A program made the translations under genes and the position numbers. The notes beneath the pieces are model-generated. The model saw only the letters and a list, made by a program, of their open reading frames with translations. It did no database searches and had not been told where the DNA came from. From Peribolospora baueri (taxonomy: Eukaryota), in contig JAMDHS010000108.1 in assembly GCA_029717555.1 (NCBI GenBank), forward strand, positions 1 to 64,000: a stretch of DNA of 64,000 bases. Reading direction: 5' to 3'. Positions 25,134-40,732 of the stretch are shown piece by piece. Each line of letters starts with the position of its first letter. The stretch's first letter is position 1.

Positions 25134-26840
25134 ATGGTACTCGCGGCAGTCGGCCAACTTCGCTCGTCCGGCGTCGTCGCCGACAATCTCAAGGCGGCGG
25201 TGGACATCGTCGGTGGGCCATCATGATCGCCTTTGCTGGATTCTCTTGATAGCCCGTGAGTGCGAGGACCTCGAGCTCAACGGGTGGCTTTGATCACACA
25301 GGCAGAGCCGCTGCAGCAGGAGCAAAGGCGGTATTCCTTCCCGAAGGTGAGCCATCGTTGCAAGAGGGCACATGGACCTATCAGACTGACCAGACGTCTG
25401 CCCATCGCCGTCCTCTTCTCCCCACCCTTTCCCTTATACGAACCAGCAACCGATTTTATAGCCCCCGCTGCATCCGTGCCATCCCTTTCTACGGGTCTTT
25501 ACGAATCCCCTTTTGTGGAAGGTATCCGAAACTCGGCACGGGAGTCACGAGTATACATCAGCGTCGGTGTACACGAGAAGCCGACTGCGGGAAAGGAAGA
25601 CGAAGGGTCACGGTGCTTCAACACCCAGCTGCTGTTTGGCCCGGATGGGAGGATCCTAAGCTTGTACCGCAAGGTTGGTTGGTCATTCATATCCCGCCCT
25701 GCGCTTGTCGGTTTCTGCAGATAGAGGTGGTCAACCCCTTCAACCGTCCGTCGTCCCTTGTCGGCGAACTCTTACAGCTCCACCTCTTCGATGTAGACAT
25801 AAAGGGCGGATTGACTATCCTCGAGTCCAACACGACTATCAAAGGCGAGCGACTAGAACTGCCCACTCCGACGTCTATTGGGAACATCGGTCTTTTAACG
25901 TAAGTTCTCGTTTTCCTGGTGGCATCCGCTCCGCCCACAGAGCGCGCACGAAGCCATATCTCACACGTCCCGTTTCTTCGCACCCGTCATCGGTCCGCTT
26001 CGATACAGATGCTACGACCTCCGCTTTCCCGAGCCGTCCCTCCGGCTCCGACGCTTGGGGGCTCACATTCTCACCTACCCGAGCGCCTTCACTGTCAGGA
26101 CGGGCGCCGCTCACTGGGGTAAGCTTTCCACGCCGTCTCGCCTACCCTTTCCCCTTGTCCGCGCATCCATGTCCTACTCCAGCTGCTTCCTTATTTTTTC
26201 CCTCTCACTTTGACCTTTATATGTGGATGTGGCCTTTAGAGACCCTCCTGAGAGCACGCGCCATTGAAACGCAAAGCTATGTCTTGGCGGCTGCGCAAGT
26301 CGGCGCCCATGAGGGCACGCGCCGAGTTAGTTGGGGGTACGTTGTCTCTCCTTTCACACCCTCGACCTCGCACGTCGTACAAGCCGGCATATGCATTGAA
26401 GCAGATTCTTGCGCTGTAACATAGCTGGACGTTTCCGATTGACTCTCTTCTTTCGTCGTCCCCCTCGCCCCTTCTCTTTTCCTCTCGAACAGTCACGCGA
26501 TGATCGTAGACCCGTGGGGAACGGTCATAGCCCAGTGTCCAGACACTCAACCGTACAAGCCTACCTTCTGTCTCGCCGACATTGTGAGCCTCATCGAGTT
26601 TTTCCTCGATTTCCCCCCCGCTCGCCAACGCTCAGCCCTACTCACTTAACACGTCGACCATTCCATGGTCGCGCCTTCAGGACGCATCGAACGTCGCGCT
26701 GACCACACCTCTCACCTCTTCCCGTCTCCTTCTTCCGTCCCGTCTGTCACTGGTACAAGGACCTTGATGCTCTGTACAACGTTCGCAAAGAGATGCCGTT
26801 GTGGGACCAACGTAGGGACGACGTATATCCGATCCTATGA
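25134..26840 (+). CDS. NIT1: Nitrilase-superfamily amidase, Nit1 (yeast Nit2) type, deaminated-glutathione amidase-like; multi-exon
   Basis: MVLAAVGQL start; catalytic triad motifs FLPE, YRK|LHLFDVD and CYDLRFPE; YPSAFTVRTGAAHW|ETLLRARAIETQSYVLAAAQ; HAMIVDPWG; ends ...VRKEMPLWDQRRDDVYPIL*. Confidence 0.9.
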
Positions 26841-27964
26841 CGACCCGCGCGAGGGCAAAACGTCGTGGGCGCACGGACGGGGGCTCACTCTGTCAGCGCT
26901 ATGTCTTCGTAGATACCTCGTTTCCCAAATCTTTTCGGAGCCGAAGCAGTCGTCCTGATGTACGTACTAAGACGTCGACGCCTGTGTCCCACCCGTCGCG
27001 TCACGTAAACTGGCGGCGACGGCTGTAGCGTGTCTGCTGATGGAACCGTCTCAGATTCATCACGACCTTTTGACGAATGCCGCTCTCTCCACGCTGTCGG
27101 CCACTTCCACTTCGATGTGCAGCGCGTGAGGAAATGGGGAAAGGAATGTTAACCCAGCTGGCCACGGTATATGGATAGACGTGCGCAAGAATAGATGAGG
27201 GCGGGGCGTGAGAGAGGGCTTGGCTACAAGACGACAGCCCCTGGCAGACCTGAGACTGGATGTTTGAGGGCGTTTGCAATTGTCACACACAGGACACATG
27301 AACAAGGTGAATATAACCCATATATCCATGCCAGCAAGATAAAGCACGGAGATCAATCGAGGGGAATTTATCCAAGAGCCACTCCCACACGGGGCACCCT
27401 TCAGTCACGGCTAGCCAAGCCAAAATGATCTATCACTGCTCTTGTCGATAGCCATGCCAAATGACGTGGAACGTCCCTTCTATCCCCCATGATACCGTAC
27501 ATATTCAGGACCTAATTTATGTGCGGATCGGCCGTGTAGTGTGGCACCAGTGACAGTGCGTTGCGTGGTGGCGATGTGAATTACGGTCTCAGACTGAAAG
27601 GTCCACCGGGCACATTGCGAAGGCGAGGCGACGCGAGCCTGGGCCAAGCTTGCATTGCGCATCTTTGTGAGATCAGCCGGAGTGGTTAGTTGGTCGACCT
27701 GCAAGTAACCTGGCGTCTAAGGGAATTTATCGATTGAACTTCTTCGTTTCGTTAAGCTGCTGTATATGACACAAAGGGAGGACGGGGCGTCGAGATCCGA
27801 GACAAGACTTCACGCGCTTAACAGCCCTGGCTGACGGATCGTACGAACGAGGCGGATTGACGATCAACGTAGAGGACGAGAGGAAAGAGGACAGAGGGAG
27901 AGATGGAAGACAGGATGCGCGAGCGTATGACGCACAAGGGAGATGCGCCGAACCCGCGAGACGT

Positions 27965-30925
<2,961 letters not shown>

Positions 30926-31321
30926 GGTAGGCGATTAGAAGCGAAAGACGAGGTGGGAAGAGATGAGTGGCGAGTGGCGGAGAGGTAGATGGGAGAGGTG
31001 GATGACGGGAGATATGAAGGAGGGAGAGGTGTGTGAGTGGCTGAAGATGTAGTCGTGAAGGGGGGTGGCAAGAACGGATAGCTCCTAGTGGTCGTGGACG
31101 GAGGACGGAACGGAGAATGGAAGCGACGTGGAGTTGGAAGTGATCGACGACTGTCTGCCAGCGACCGACGACGCGTAACCGCTCAGGCTCGACAAGGACG
31201 CTTAAGCCGCTTAACCCCGTCTACACACTTGACACCCGCTCCGGCCCGCCACTCAAGACGTTCGGAGATCATAAATTCCTCATACAGCAGCCTGAGTAGC
31301 CAAGTCTTCTGATGACATCAG

Positions 31322-32595
31322 CTAGTCGGACCGGCCTCGTCCTTGGGTACCGCGACTCGCGCTGCCGCCGCTGCTTTCCGTCGATGATCTGCTCGCGCTC
31401 CTCCCTTGGACGCCTTCGTCGCGCTGTCGCCTATCCGCACCACTCGACCTCGACCTCGACCTGCTCCGGCTAGGGCTCATACTCCTCCCGCGCCCGCTCC
31501 CGCTCCCGCTGCTCGCTGACCGAGACGAGAGACTCGTCGCCCTTGTCCTCTCTCTTCCGCGACTCCTGCTTCTACTCCTAGTCCTTCTCCTAGTCCTACT
31601 CCTAGTCCTACTCCTGGTCCTACTCCTACTCCCGCTCGAATAGCTCCGACTCGATCCAGAGTCGCTGTAGCTGCCGCCCCGACTACGGCCCCTCCCCGCG
31701 CTGCTGGTATAGCTTCCTGAGCTCGAGCTCGAGTACGACGACGACGATGGACTGCGATGACCCCGCCGAGCTCGTTTTCCGCTCCTTCCACGGGTCGAGC
31801 GCGTTCGAGAACGGGAGCGAGAACTTGACGAGTAAGAGGAGCGAGATTCGCTGTCGCTATCGCTGTGAGAGGTAGAGCTTGATCGAGATGAGCCGGACGA
31901 AGGCAAAGAGGCAAAAACGGCACGGACAAAGCAAGGACATTAACAGTCGAGAAGAGCAAACATCTGACAAGTCAGTCGATGATGGCTCACCCCCTGTCTC
32001 GCTTTCTCCGTTCCTTTTCCTTCTTCGCTAGAATGGCATCCGCAGTGCCTTTGCGGCTGTTGAGCATAGGAGCAGAGTGCGGTCCAGAAAGCGCGATCAA
32101 TGGTTCAGTCGGTCGTACCTAAAACAAGTATAATAACGGCGCAGCGCCTCCATGGGGCGGGATGCAGAGTGTACGCATGCGACCCACACACCTCTTAAAT
32201 TCTTCAGGCAGCTCTACAGACGGACGGAACGACTTCTCTAGCTGCGGGTTCTTGAGCAGCTGTGACCGAGACGGGCGGGACTTGTAGACTCTGCTCGCGG
32301 GAAACAGATAGAAGGCAATATACAGGTTCGTTAAAAGCTGCGAGAAGGACATATCCTCAAGGACGGAGGCGACCTCCTCCAGGTAAATGTACATTCCGTC
32401 TTCACGTCTGCATATCAACCCGCAGAACTTGGCCAGCATCTGCACCTTCCCTCAAACGTACCTTTGATTCTTGCACTCCCAGATGCCATGTCCCACTCCC
32501 AAGCACTTCTGGCACACCCTCGCCGTCGGTCCTCCTCCCGGTCGGCCGCCGCTGCCCGGCCTGTAACTGCCGCCTGGGCCCCCGCGAGCAAACAT
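31322..32595 (-). CDS. Zinc-knuckle (CQKC-x3-H-x4-C) protein with Arg/Ser-rich tail, ZCCHC10-like
   Basis: Exon 32595-32462 MFARGG...VCQKCLGVGHGIWECKNQR; exon 32290-32192 VYKSRPSRSQLLKNPQL; exon from 32056 RKGTADAILAKKEKER; final RS-rich exon ending at TAG 31322. Confidence 0.82.
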
Positions 32596-33845
32596 GTTCG
32601 TCGGCCACGGTAAGGAAGAGTAAGAAAAGTGGGCTCTCGCTAGCCGGATTTGGAGGCGTCTTGGAAGTTGAAGAGGACGCGTTGAGAAGTCTCATTCCGC
32701 GTCCATCCATCGACGGAGATCACCGTCGGCGATAAGCGGCCCATATGTCTTCTCTATCGCGGATGGCTGCCTTCTCTGAGCGCGTGACCAGCCACAGCAT
32801 TCCATCAAGACGACTCGAACCCGTGTTGTCGGTGTCCCCATGTTTCAGCCATCGATCGGTGCAGCGGGTTGAATCACGGCTGAGCAGCGTCTGTCTAAAA
32901 ACGAATTTGCGGGCTGGTGATACTAACGTTGAGGCTGGACTGGAAGGGGATCAGTGGCCTGGAGGGCGGGGCTCGATGGTGACCGGATGGTCGCCCGGCG
33001 GCCACGGGCAGAGCCAAATCGCTTCCAGACGTCCGGTTGATTCCACGGGTAATCGGTGGACTAGCAGGCCCACAAATCGGCCTTCCCTTCATGACGACTC
33101 ATAGCTCAGACAATATTAATGTATATTCAAGGCCATGGTCGACCCTCTGAGGGCGATACAGGCGCTTTCTGAAGTCTTTGCCGCGGTGCAAGGGGGGAGG
33201 GGCGGAGGGCAAGTCTTGCTCGCAGTTCAGTCTGTCGACGCTGAAGATGGCACGCAATGGCGTATGGTAAATGGTAAGTAGGCCATATGGGTCCGCCGCT
33301 TCCTTTCGCGTAGCTCGACCTTGCGGGGATGGCCTTAGTATCACGTCTTCAGCGGACGCTTTTGCTGAATGGCCAGCGCCAACGCACTGCTGGAACACGG
33401 GGCTGACAAGTCGCTTCTCTCTCGGAATTTCGTTCCCGCTCTCTCCTCTCCTTCGCGTATTCACCTATTTACTTTGCAGCGCCTAATCGACAGGGACGCC
33501 TCGGCGTGTGGCTGCGCAACGCAAGCGCAAGTGGATATTGCGAGCGACATGGCCCAAGCTGACGTGCTCGTCACATTTGACGTGCTCAGCCAGCTCAGGT
33601 ACCAAACAACCCGCATTGTGACCCATTTGTCTGGCTTCCTTTATCAGGTCGCCTTGATCCCGCCTCCTCCTCCCCCCCTCGTCTCCGCTCGCCCCTCTTC
33701 AGGCCCAAATCGCTACCCGGTCGACCACCGGGCCGGATTTGGCTTGTCATTGTTGTCGCCGCCGTACGTTCAAAGCTGAACCGTCTGTCTGTGCCGTTTC
33801 CTCGATCATCTTGTCCTGCATAGGTAGGCCCAGGAGCACACCGCT

Positions 33846-36664
33846 ATGGCTACCATTGCCCCCCGACCGCTCTCCGAGCTCAACGAAGCTGCCGCTGAGG
33901 CCACAGAGCAACAGCAGCCGCAGCCACAAGACCGGGAGTCGGAGATATATCAACCAGGATCACAAGAAGGCATCGAATCCTCCTCGGACAAAAACAGTCC
34001 AGGAGGCCAAGAGGACAACGAGGACAACAGCTCACTGCACGACGGCGACGGCGACGGCGCGCGGTCGCCGCTCGCAAAGCGGCAATGGCATCGCACGACC
34101 TTTTTCAACGTCACCGTCCTCGGCATGTGCAGCTTTCTCGCACCAGGCATCTGGGGCGCCATGAACTCGCTTGGAGCTGGTGGGGCTGAGAAGCCGTATT
34201 TGGTCAAGTGAGCCTGACGTTTGGTTTCCCCCCTGGTTGTACCCATGCAGATGGGACTTGCAATACCCAGATATATCTTACCGGTTAGTTGGCCTGAATT
34301 CGCTGCTTACGTCGCACCGTTTCGCATATCTCCAAACACGTCTTCAGCGCGGCCAATGCCCTCACCTTTAGCCTCATGGTGGTGTCATGCTTCTTTGGCT
34401 CTGCGTTCGTCCATGCTGTTGGGATCAAGTATGCTCTCCTCTTTGGCACAGCGGGCTATGCTCGTGAGTGATGGTCCTAAGTCGTGGTTGCGCTCGATGC
34501 CCATCATTTCGCTGGCCCTGCTCGTCGCTCATCCGCATTCAGTGGAAATGCGAAAGACTAAATAAACACTTCCTCCCACCCCCTGGTCCTATGACCCTCC
34601 CCCTTTCCGCGTGCGGGACAGCCTTTGCGGCGGGCCTTTATACGAACAACCGCTTCGGTACCGAATGGCTCGTCCTCTTTGGTGCTGCGACGTGTGGCAT
34701 CTGTGCTGGCGTGTTCTGGATGTGTGTGATGGTCGTCTCTTCCTCGGTTTCTTTTGATGGGCGAATTCATCCCACTCGCAGTTCATAATCACACCCTGGC
34801 TGATCGTTCCTTCGTTCCCCTGGGGCTACCGGTGTAGGGCCGAGGGGGCTATCATTCTTGGATACCCAGAGAAGAACAAACGCGGGAAGTACCTCGCGTA
34901 CTGGCTCGCGTACCGCGTCGGAGGTGAGTAGCTCGTCCGGCGGGCATGGGAGAATGGATACGAACTTCGATGGATGGCGTGAACGATTCATCGTCGCCGC
35001 TCAGACGCCTTCACACCTGCGCAGGACAAATCCTCGGCGGCGCGATCAACCTGGCTCTGAACGCGCATCAAAGCCAAGTGGGCAAGGTCGGATACAACAC
35101 CTTCCTCGTGATGATCGCCTTGCAGTGCTTGGGACCTTTTGTGGGGATGCTCCTGTCACCGCCGCACAAGGTGCAGAGGAAAGACGGCACACCTGTGCGG
35201 CTCAGCATGGAGACCAGCTTTCGCAAGGAGGTCAAGGAGACGTGCAAACTGTTCATGAGCAGGGATGTGAGTGACGGTGAACGCGACGCGTGAACAGCAG
35301 CAGTACCCGGGACGAAGTGCATAGGAGTCTCGCGACGCTGACCTCGGCGTGCCTTGTCCGGTCCTCTCAGATGCTCCTCATCACGCCGCTCATCATACAG
35401 ACGACCTTCAGCGAAGCGTTCAACGGCACCTACCTCACTCGTAAGTCACCTTGTTTTTGCGTTTGTCGCTCGCTTGGTTCGAATCGTGCACGGCGCAGCA
35501 GTTGTCCAAGGATGACACCGCTTTTCCGTCGTCCTCGCTGGATTGCGCCCTTTTGACTCTGCTCACTGGCCTTGTCCATCGCCAAGTCTACTTCACCGTC
35601 CGCGCCCGAGCGCTCGGCTCTTTCCTCTCCGCTTTCACCGCCATCTTCTCCAACTTTGTCCTTGGCGTGAGTTTCAGACACGGGTTTTTGTCCTCCGCCA
35701 CGGGTCCGGTCGCTCGGGGCAGTCGAGCTCATCGTCCTCCGCCTCCTCTCTCCCCGGCCCGATTCGACCCCGCAGACCTACCTAGACAATGCGAGCATCT
35801 CGCTCAACGTCCGCGCCAAGACCGGCTTCATCCTTGTTTGGACGCTCCAGGGAGCATGGTGGATCTGGAGCATGATCATTCAAAAGGAGTATTGGGACGA
35901 GAAGCCTCAGCTCGACTGGGACTCGCCGGGGTTCGGAAGGGGCTTGTGAGTGTCCTGGCCTGGCCGCCTGCGTCCATCCATATCACGTCTTGGTGCGCCA
36001 GATTGAATTTATCTCCCTGCCTTTTTTGTTTTTGTTTTTCCCGCGCCCGTCCAGCGCTCTCTACATCTTTCTGGTCACGGGCTTCAACATGATGTACAAT
36101 TACACTTATTTCCTCGTCGGCTCTCGTGAGTTTGCCGGGTCCCACTCGGGCGCGTGACGCGATGCGAAGCGAAGCGAAGTGTCGCTGACGGCCCATCCTC
36201 TCTCATCGCTCGTCCCCGCGTCTGCCGCGCTCCGCTCGCTTCCCCTCCCACGCCACCGACGCTCCTTCCACTCGTCGGCCACCTGTATCTATACGAAAGT
36301 GGTCTCCGACCCCCGGTCGATCGTGCGCATCTCGTCCCTCCTCCGAGGTCTCGAGTCAGCCGGCCAGGCGGTCAGCTACGGACGTGAGCGTCTCTGCTTT
36401 CCTTCCTTTGTCTCTGTCTGTCCGTCGGCCTCTGCTCACCTCTCTCCCGCGCCTATTTCTCTCGGCCCCCGAACAGTCACCTCGACGACGTTTACGATGG
36501 TGGGCGAAAGCGGAGTGAACATGGGTCTGTGGGCGGTCAGCTTGGTCCCCGCCTGGCTGGTCGTCAAGGACGTGGGCCTGCGCCGAGCGCGCGGCGATGA
36601 GGGGTGGAGTCAAGGAGGAGAAGGGGAAGCGAAGAAGGCCGTGCGAGCTGACGGCGAGGCTTGA
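33846..36664 (+). CDS. MFS transporter, UNC-93-like (DUF895) family, multi-exon
   Basis: WHRTTFFNVTVLGMCSFLAPGIWGAMNSLGAGG, AAGLYTNNRFGTEWLVLFGAATCGICAGVFW, GQILGGAINL, LLSPPHKVQRKDGT, YFTVRARALGSF and SLLRGLESAGQAVSYG, spread over about 10-12 exons. Confidence 0.88.
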
Positions 36665-36976
36665 TGGGGAGGGGGGTGAGATCGGCGCTCTGTGGAAGAG
36701 ATGGACGCTTCGGGTATATAGAGGCACGCTGCAAAGGATAGAAACACATTCTTCTCGGGACTCTTTTTACCTTCTTCTTGGAGCAGGAAGAATTTTGGCC
36801 GTGGAAAACGGGCGTCGGTCGTAGGAGCCGACGTGAGCAAAGCCAGCGCAGTCGAAGAACGACGAGGGAGTGGTGAAAGAAAGACCGACGGTGCGGTCGA
36901 AATGGATGTGGCAAAGTGCAGCGGACGTACAGGAGCGCGCGAGCGCGACGTTCGTAGGGCGACATGACCGGACATG

Positions 36977-37726
36977 CTAGTCGTCCTCCTCTTCGGCAAT
37001 ATCATCCTCCTCATCGTCGTCGTCGTCGTCGTCGTCGTCCTCGACTGACGCGTAAAGCGCCTCGAGGACAGAAGGGTCGATGAGGTCGGGATCGAGATTG
37101 TCCAAATCGATCTCCATCTCCCCCTCCTCCCCCTCCTCGTCGTCGTCCTCCTCGTCATCATCGCTGCCCGAATAGAATTCAGGGTCCTCGTCGCCGCCAT
37201 CCGGCATGCCACCGGTGGTAATCAATACGCTCTCCACGGCATTTCCCACTTTTTGACCGCGCAGCTCTAGCTGCTCCCAGATTTGGTCCTCGTCCATGCC
37301 TTCGAGGACGAGGGAGGGGAGAGGGGTGGGTTGAAAGAGCGGGTGGAAGCGCGAGTCGACGCTGCGCCACCCGTTCGTCGTTCCATCACCGCCGCGTCGT
37401 GATTTTTTGGATCTTCGTCCTCCCTCGTTCTCGTCGGCGTCGGCGTTGCGCTTGGTGGAGGAACGGGTGGTCCTCCGAGACGCTGGGGAGTCGCCGACGA
37501 GGAGGTTGAAGAGGGAAGCGAGCTGAGGAAGCGCCTCGGTCTCCGAAGCGACAGACCTGTCAAAAAGGCTCTTGACCGCTCCAAGGCTCTTGCGACGGAT
37601 GATCGCCTCGTCGTCGCCGCCCGGTTGGGAGGATGCCCATCGTTCGGGCGAGGAGGTGACGAGGCGCGCCAGCGCTTCGGCCTCGCTCTCGTCGCCCTTC
37701 TCCTTCATGACGGCCGCTGGAGCCAT
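36977..37726 (-). CDS. MPP10: Mpp10 (U3 snoRNP) N-terminal-domain protein, 249 aa, lacking the C-terminal conserved region
   Basis: Single exon. VKSLFD and PTPLPSLVLEGMDEDQIWEQLELR match the Mpp10 N-terminal D-x-E/D-QIW-x-QL motif, followed by an Asp/Glu tract and TAG. Confidence 0.7.
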   Translation of the reverse strand: MAPAAVMKEKGDESEAEALARLVTSSPERWASSQPGGDDEAIIRRKSLGAVKSLFDRSVASETEALPQLASLFNLLVGDSPASRRTTRSSTKRNADADENEGGRRSKKSRRGGDGTTNGWRSVDSRFHPLFQPTPLPSLVLEGMDEDQIWEQLELRGQKVGNAVESVLITTGGMPDGGDEDPEFYSGSDDDEEDDDEEGEEGEMEIDLDNLDPDLIDPSVLEALYASVEDDDDDDDDDEEDDIAEEEDD

Positions 37727-39154
37727 GGTGCGGTGTGGTGCGGTGCGGGAGAGCCGTCGGTGTCGGTCGATGACGACTAAAATTGGAAGTGTGGTGTAAC
37801 GAAGAAGATGGGCGGAATTGGATGGAGAAGGAGGGACCGGAACGAGATATACCTCCTTCCTCGTTGGCCGACGGCGTTCGAGCGCACTTCCCTTGCTTGC
37901 TTCTGCTCGCTGCCTCGATGCGACTCGACTCGACTCGGCCGCGGCTCGTCTTTCTTCTCGCCGTCGTCGCTCTTCGCTCTTCGCTATTTCTCGCTGCCTG
38001 CTGCGGCGGTTACGCAGCCACGTGACGAAAAGGTCCATCGACTGACGTCATGGCAAAGGATAGTCCGTGCTGCGGCGGGTGCGGTGGGCCACATGGACGG
38101 ACGGGTCCGGGCGGGCGTTCCCATTAACCGCCGACGCCTGGCTTGCGGTTGAAAAAGCGGGACCTGGTGAAGGAGGGCTAGGCGCAGAGGAGGTGCCCAC
38201 GGGGGAAGGGGAAGGAGGGCGCGTAAAAGGGGGCGGACGAGGACCCGTTCGTTCGAACGAGACGGCGAACGTGCTCGGGCCGAGGTTGTGCCGCGACGAG
38301 CACGTCCGTCGTCCATGGATCGCGAGACACGCCCCGCGACGAGGCCGGCGGAGTGGGTCGTGGGCCACTGCAGAGCAGAGCAGAGCTTGCTTTGGTTGCT
38401 TGCTTGCGTGCGGACATGCTCATATAGTATTTTAGTTTGCCTGCACGGGACGAGGACACACAAGCGCAACACACGCACGCATGCACGCAACGCAACGCAG
38501 CGCAATAACAATTCGCATTCGCCGCAACTCGGCAATTGCATGTGCGTGGGAACGGCGACCGACGGCTGGGCTGGTTTCGGTTTGGCTGGATGGAAAGGCC
38601 GAGGGTGGGGCGAGAAGGAGAAGGAGACGCGTGGTGGTGGTGCGAGACAGGACCGCGCTAAGGCAGATGGAGGCGGAGGAAGATGGGGCGACGGGGGGGA
38701 GGGAGAGGATGATGCGGTCGGTGGGCGGTAGTCTGTCTTGCGGGTCTGTCCATGGACGATGATGATGATAGATGATGTATTCACCTCGCCTCGCTCTGAT
38801 CAACCTCACCACGGCAAAGCCGAGGCCGAGGTCGGCGAACAGCGAGCGAGCGAGCCATTCATCCCTCCAACCATTCATCCATTCTCTCACTGCACCCGTC
38901 CTCGTCCTCCCTCCGTCTTTTCCCTCACCGCGTGGGCCGAGACGAGGCGAAATCAGAATGACTAGACGAGATGGACGACAGACAGAGACACGGCGGATAG
39001 ATAGAAAGATAGCTGATCGGATCGCATCGCTGCTATATCTTATATCTTCCCCATCCCGCTCCACCTTTTCTTCCCCCTCCATCTGGGCCACCTCCCCGTT
39101 CCCCTCTCCCTCTCCCTCCTCTTCTCCTCCCTCCTCCTCCTCCCCCTCCCGGGC

Positions 39155-40732
39155 ATGTTCGCCTCTTCTCCTGCCGCACCCGTGGCCGTCCTCGAACGCC
39201 CCCACCACCACGCCCGCCATCACTCTCACCAGCCGCACTCCCCCTCCCACCCCAGACACAACCCCAAGCACACCTCCGGCTACCTGTCTTCTTCGCCCCG
39301 CCCGCCCAGGGACGGAGGCGGCGGACCCTCCCCCGTCCTCCGCCACTCCCACCACCACCAGGCCACCCCGTATCGCTCCAACAAGCACCACCCTGATGAC
39401 CTCGCACTCGCACGCCCTCGCGACGCCGTCTGGGAGAGCCACCTGACGTCGCCCCGCTCCGCTCACCATCGCCACACGCCTCATTCGGCTCCCGTCTTGG
39501 TGCGCCCCGCCGAGGACGCCAAGCTCGTCCACAGAAGGACCGTCGCGCCCGCCACGCCTCCGTTGGCCACGTACCACTCTTCCAACGTCGAAGGCCTCGA
39601 CCTCGCCGCCCTCCGGCCCCTCTCCCCCGCCTCGGCGCCCCCCTCGCTGCCCACCTTCATCAAGATCGCCGCGGAGCGCATTCTCAGTCGCAACACCGGC
39701 GCAGGAGGGGGAGGGGGAGGAGGTACGCCCGGCTCTGCCACCCCTCCATCGCACCGCGCCGCCACCGCCGCCGCCGCCGCCGTCGCTTCCCCTTTCACTG
39801 CCGCTGCCTTCTACGAGGAGGACGAGGCGGCGAGGGTCGTGTCGGCGAGGCGCCAGGCCCGCCATCGACACCACTCCCACGTCTTTTACCCTTCCTCATC
39901 CGAGGACGAGCCTTACGACTGCGACTTGGATTTCGACTACGTCAACAAGGCCCCCGATCCCTACCTTCCCTCTTCCCGCGTCCTCGCTCCCCACCGTCTG
40001 CAGAGGCACGCTTCCATTGGCGCGCTGCCGACCGTCCGCTTCGGAGGGGAAGAAGAGATCGCCGAGAAGAAGAGCCACGCTCCGCATCGGCACGCCGAAC
40101 GCGAACGCGAGCGCGAGCGCGACAGCGCTCATCGGCGACACCCATCTCAGCAATATTACGACGAGTCGAAGCGGGCGGAGCAGTACGAGAGGCGCTTGGA
40201 GCACGCTGGCCATGCGCACGGACGCACGCACGGAAGCGGCGGCGGCAGCAGCGGCGGCAGCCATAGGCACGCCGCTGCTCAGCCCTACGGTGGTCAGGGC
40301 GGCCGACATCACCATCAGCAGCACGGTCACGGTCATCAGCAGCACCCTCCCCCTCCCCACCCTCACGACGAAGCGCGTCGCTCCCATCATCACAACCACC
40401 ACCATCACCATCACCGTCCCCGGACAGCCACAGCCACCGGCGGAGGAGAGTCCCTTCCAGTGTTGACGCGAGCGCTAGAATCCCTTCACCTCGTCTCCGT
40501 CTCCGAGCGCGCGTCCCACTCTCCGCCTCATCATCATAATCACCACCACCGCCATCGCCATCAACAAGCTCACATTACCCCTCCTCCACACCACTCACAT
40601 TCCCACTCCCATCGTCACCATCACGAGCCCCACTCCGACCTCCTCGCCCCACCACCGTACGCGGGCCCACACCATGCCTACCACGGACGCTCGCACGGGC
40701 GGAGCCACTCGCGCCATCGGCGACTGAGCTGA
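39155..40732 (+). CDS. His/Pro-rich intrinsically disordered hypothetical protein (525 aa)
   Basis: Long single-exon ORF with C/G-ending codons and a pyrimidine-rich leader. No recognisable domain. Confidence 0.7.
   Translation: MFASSPAAPVAVLERPHHHARHHSHQPHSPSHPRHNPKHTSGYLSSSPRPPRDGGGGPSPVLRHSHHHQATPYRSNKHHPDDLALARPRDAVWESHLTSPRSAHHRHTPHSAPVLVRPAEDAKLVHRRTVAPATPPLATYHSSNVEGLDLAALRPLSPASAPPSLPTFIKIAAERILSRNTGAGGGGGGGTPGSATPPSHRAATAAAAAVASPFTAAAFYEEDEAARVVSARRQARHRHHSHVFYPSSSEDEPYDCDLDFDYVNKAPDPYLPSSRVLAPHRLQRHASIGALPTVRFGGEEEIAEKKSHAPHRHAERERERERDSAHRRHPSQQYYDESKRAEQYERRLEHAGHAHGRTHGSGGGSSGGSHRHAAAQPYGGQGGRHHHQQHGHGHQQHPPPPHPHDEARRSHHHNHHHHHHRPRTATATGGGESLPVLTRALESLHLVSVSERASHSPPHHHNHHHRHRHQQAHITPPPHHSHSHSHRHHHEPHSDLLAPPPYAGPHHAYHGRSHGRSHSRHRRLS

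Noticed and set aside
31064..31072. GGTGGCAAG, PACE/Rpn4-like site upstream of CDC48
   Set aside because: One mismatch to GGTGGCAAA in G-rich DNA, and Rpn4-type control is not established for this lineage.
31559..31630. 12-nt tandem repeat (ctactcctagtc-like)
   Set aside because: It simply encodes RTRS repeats of the RS domain.
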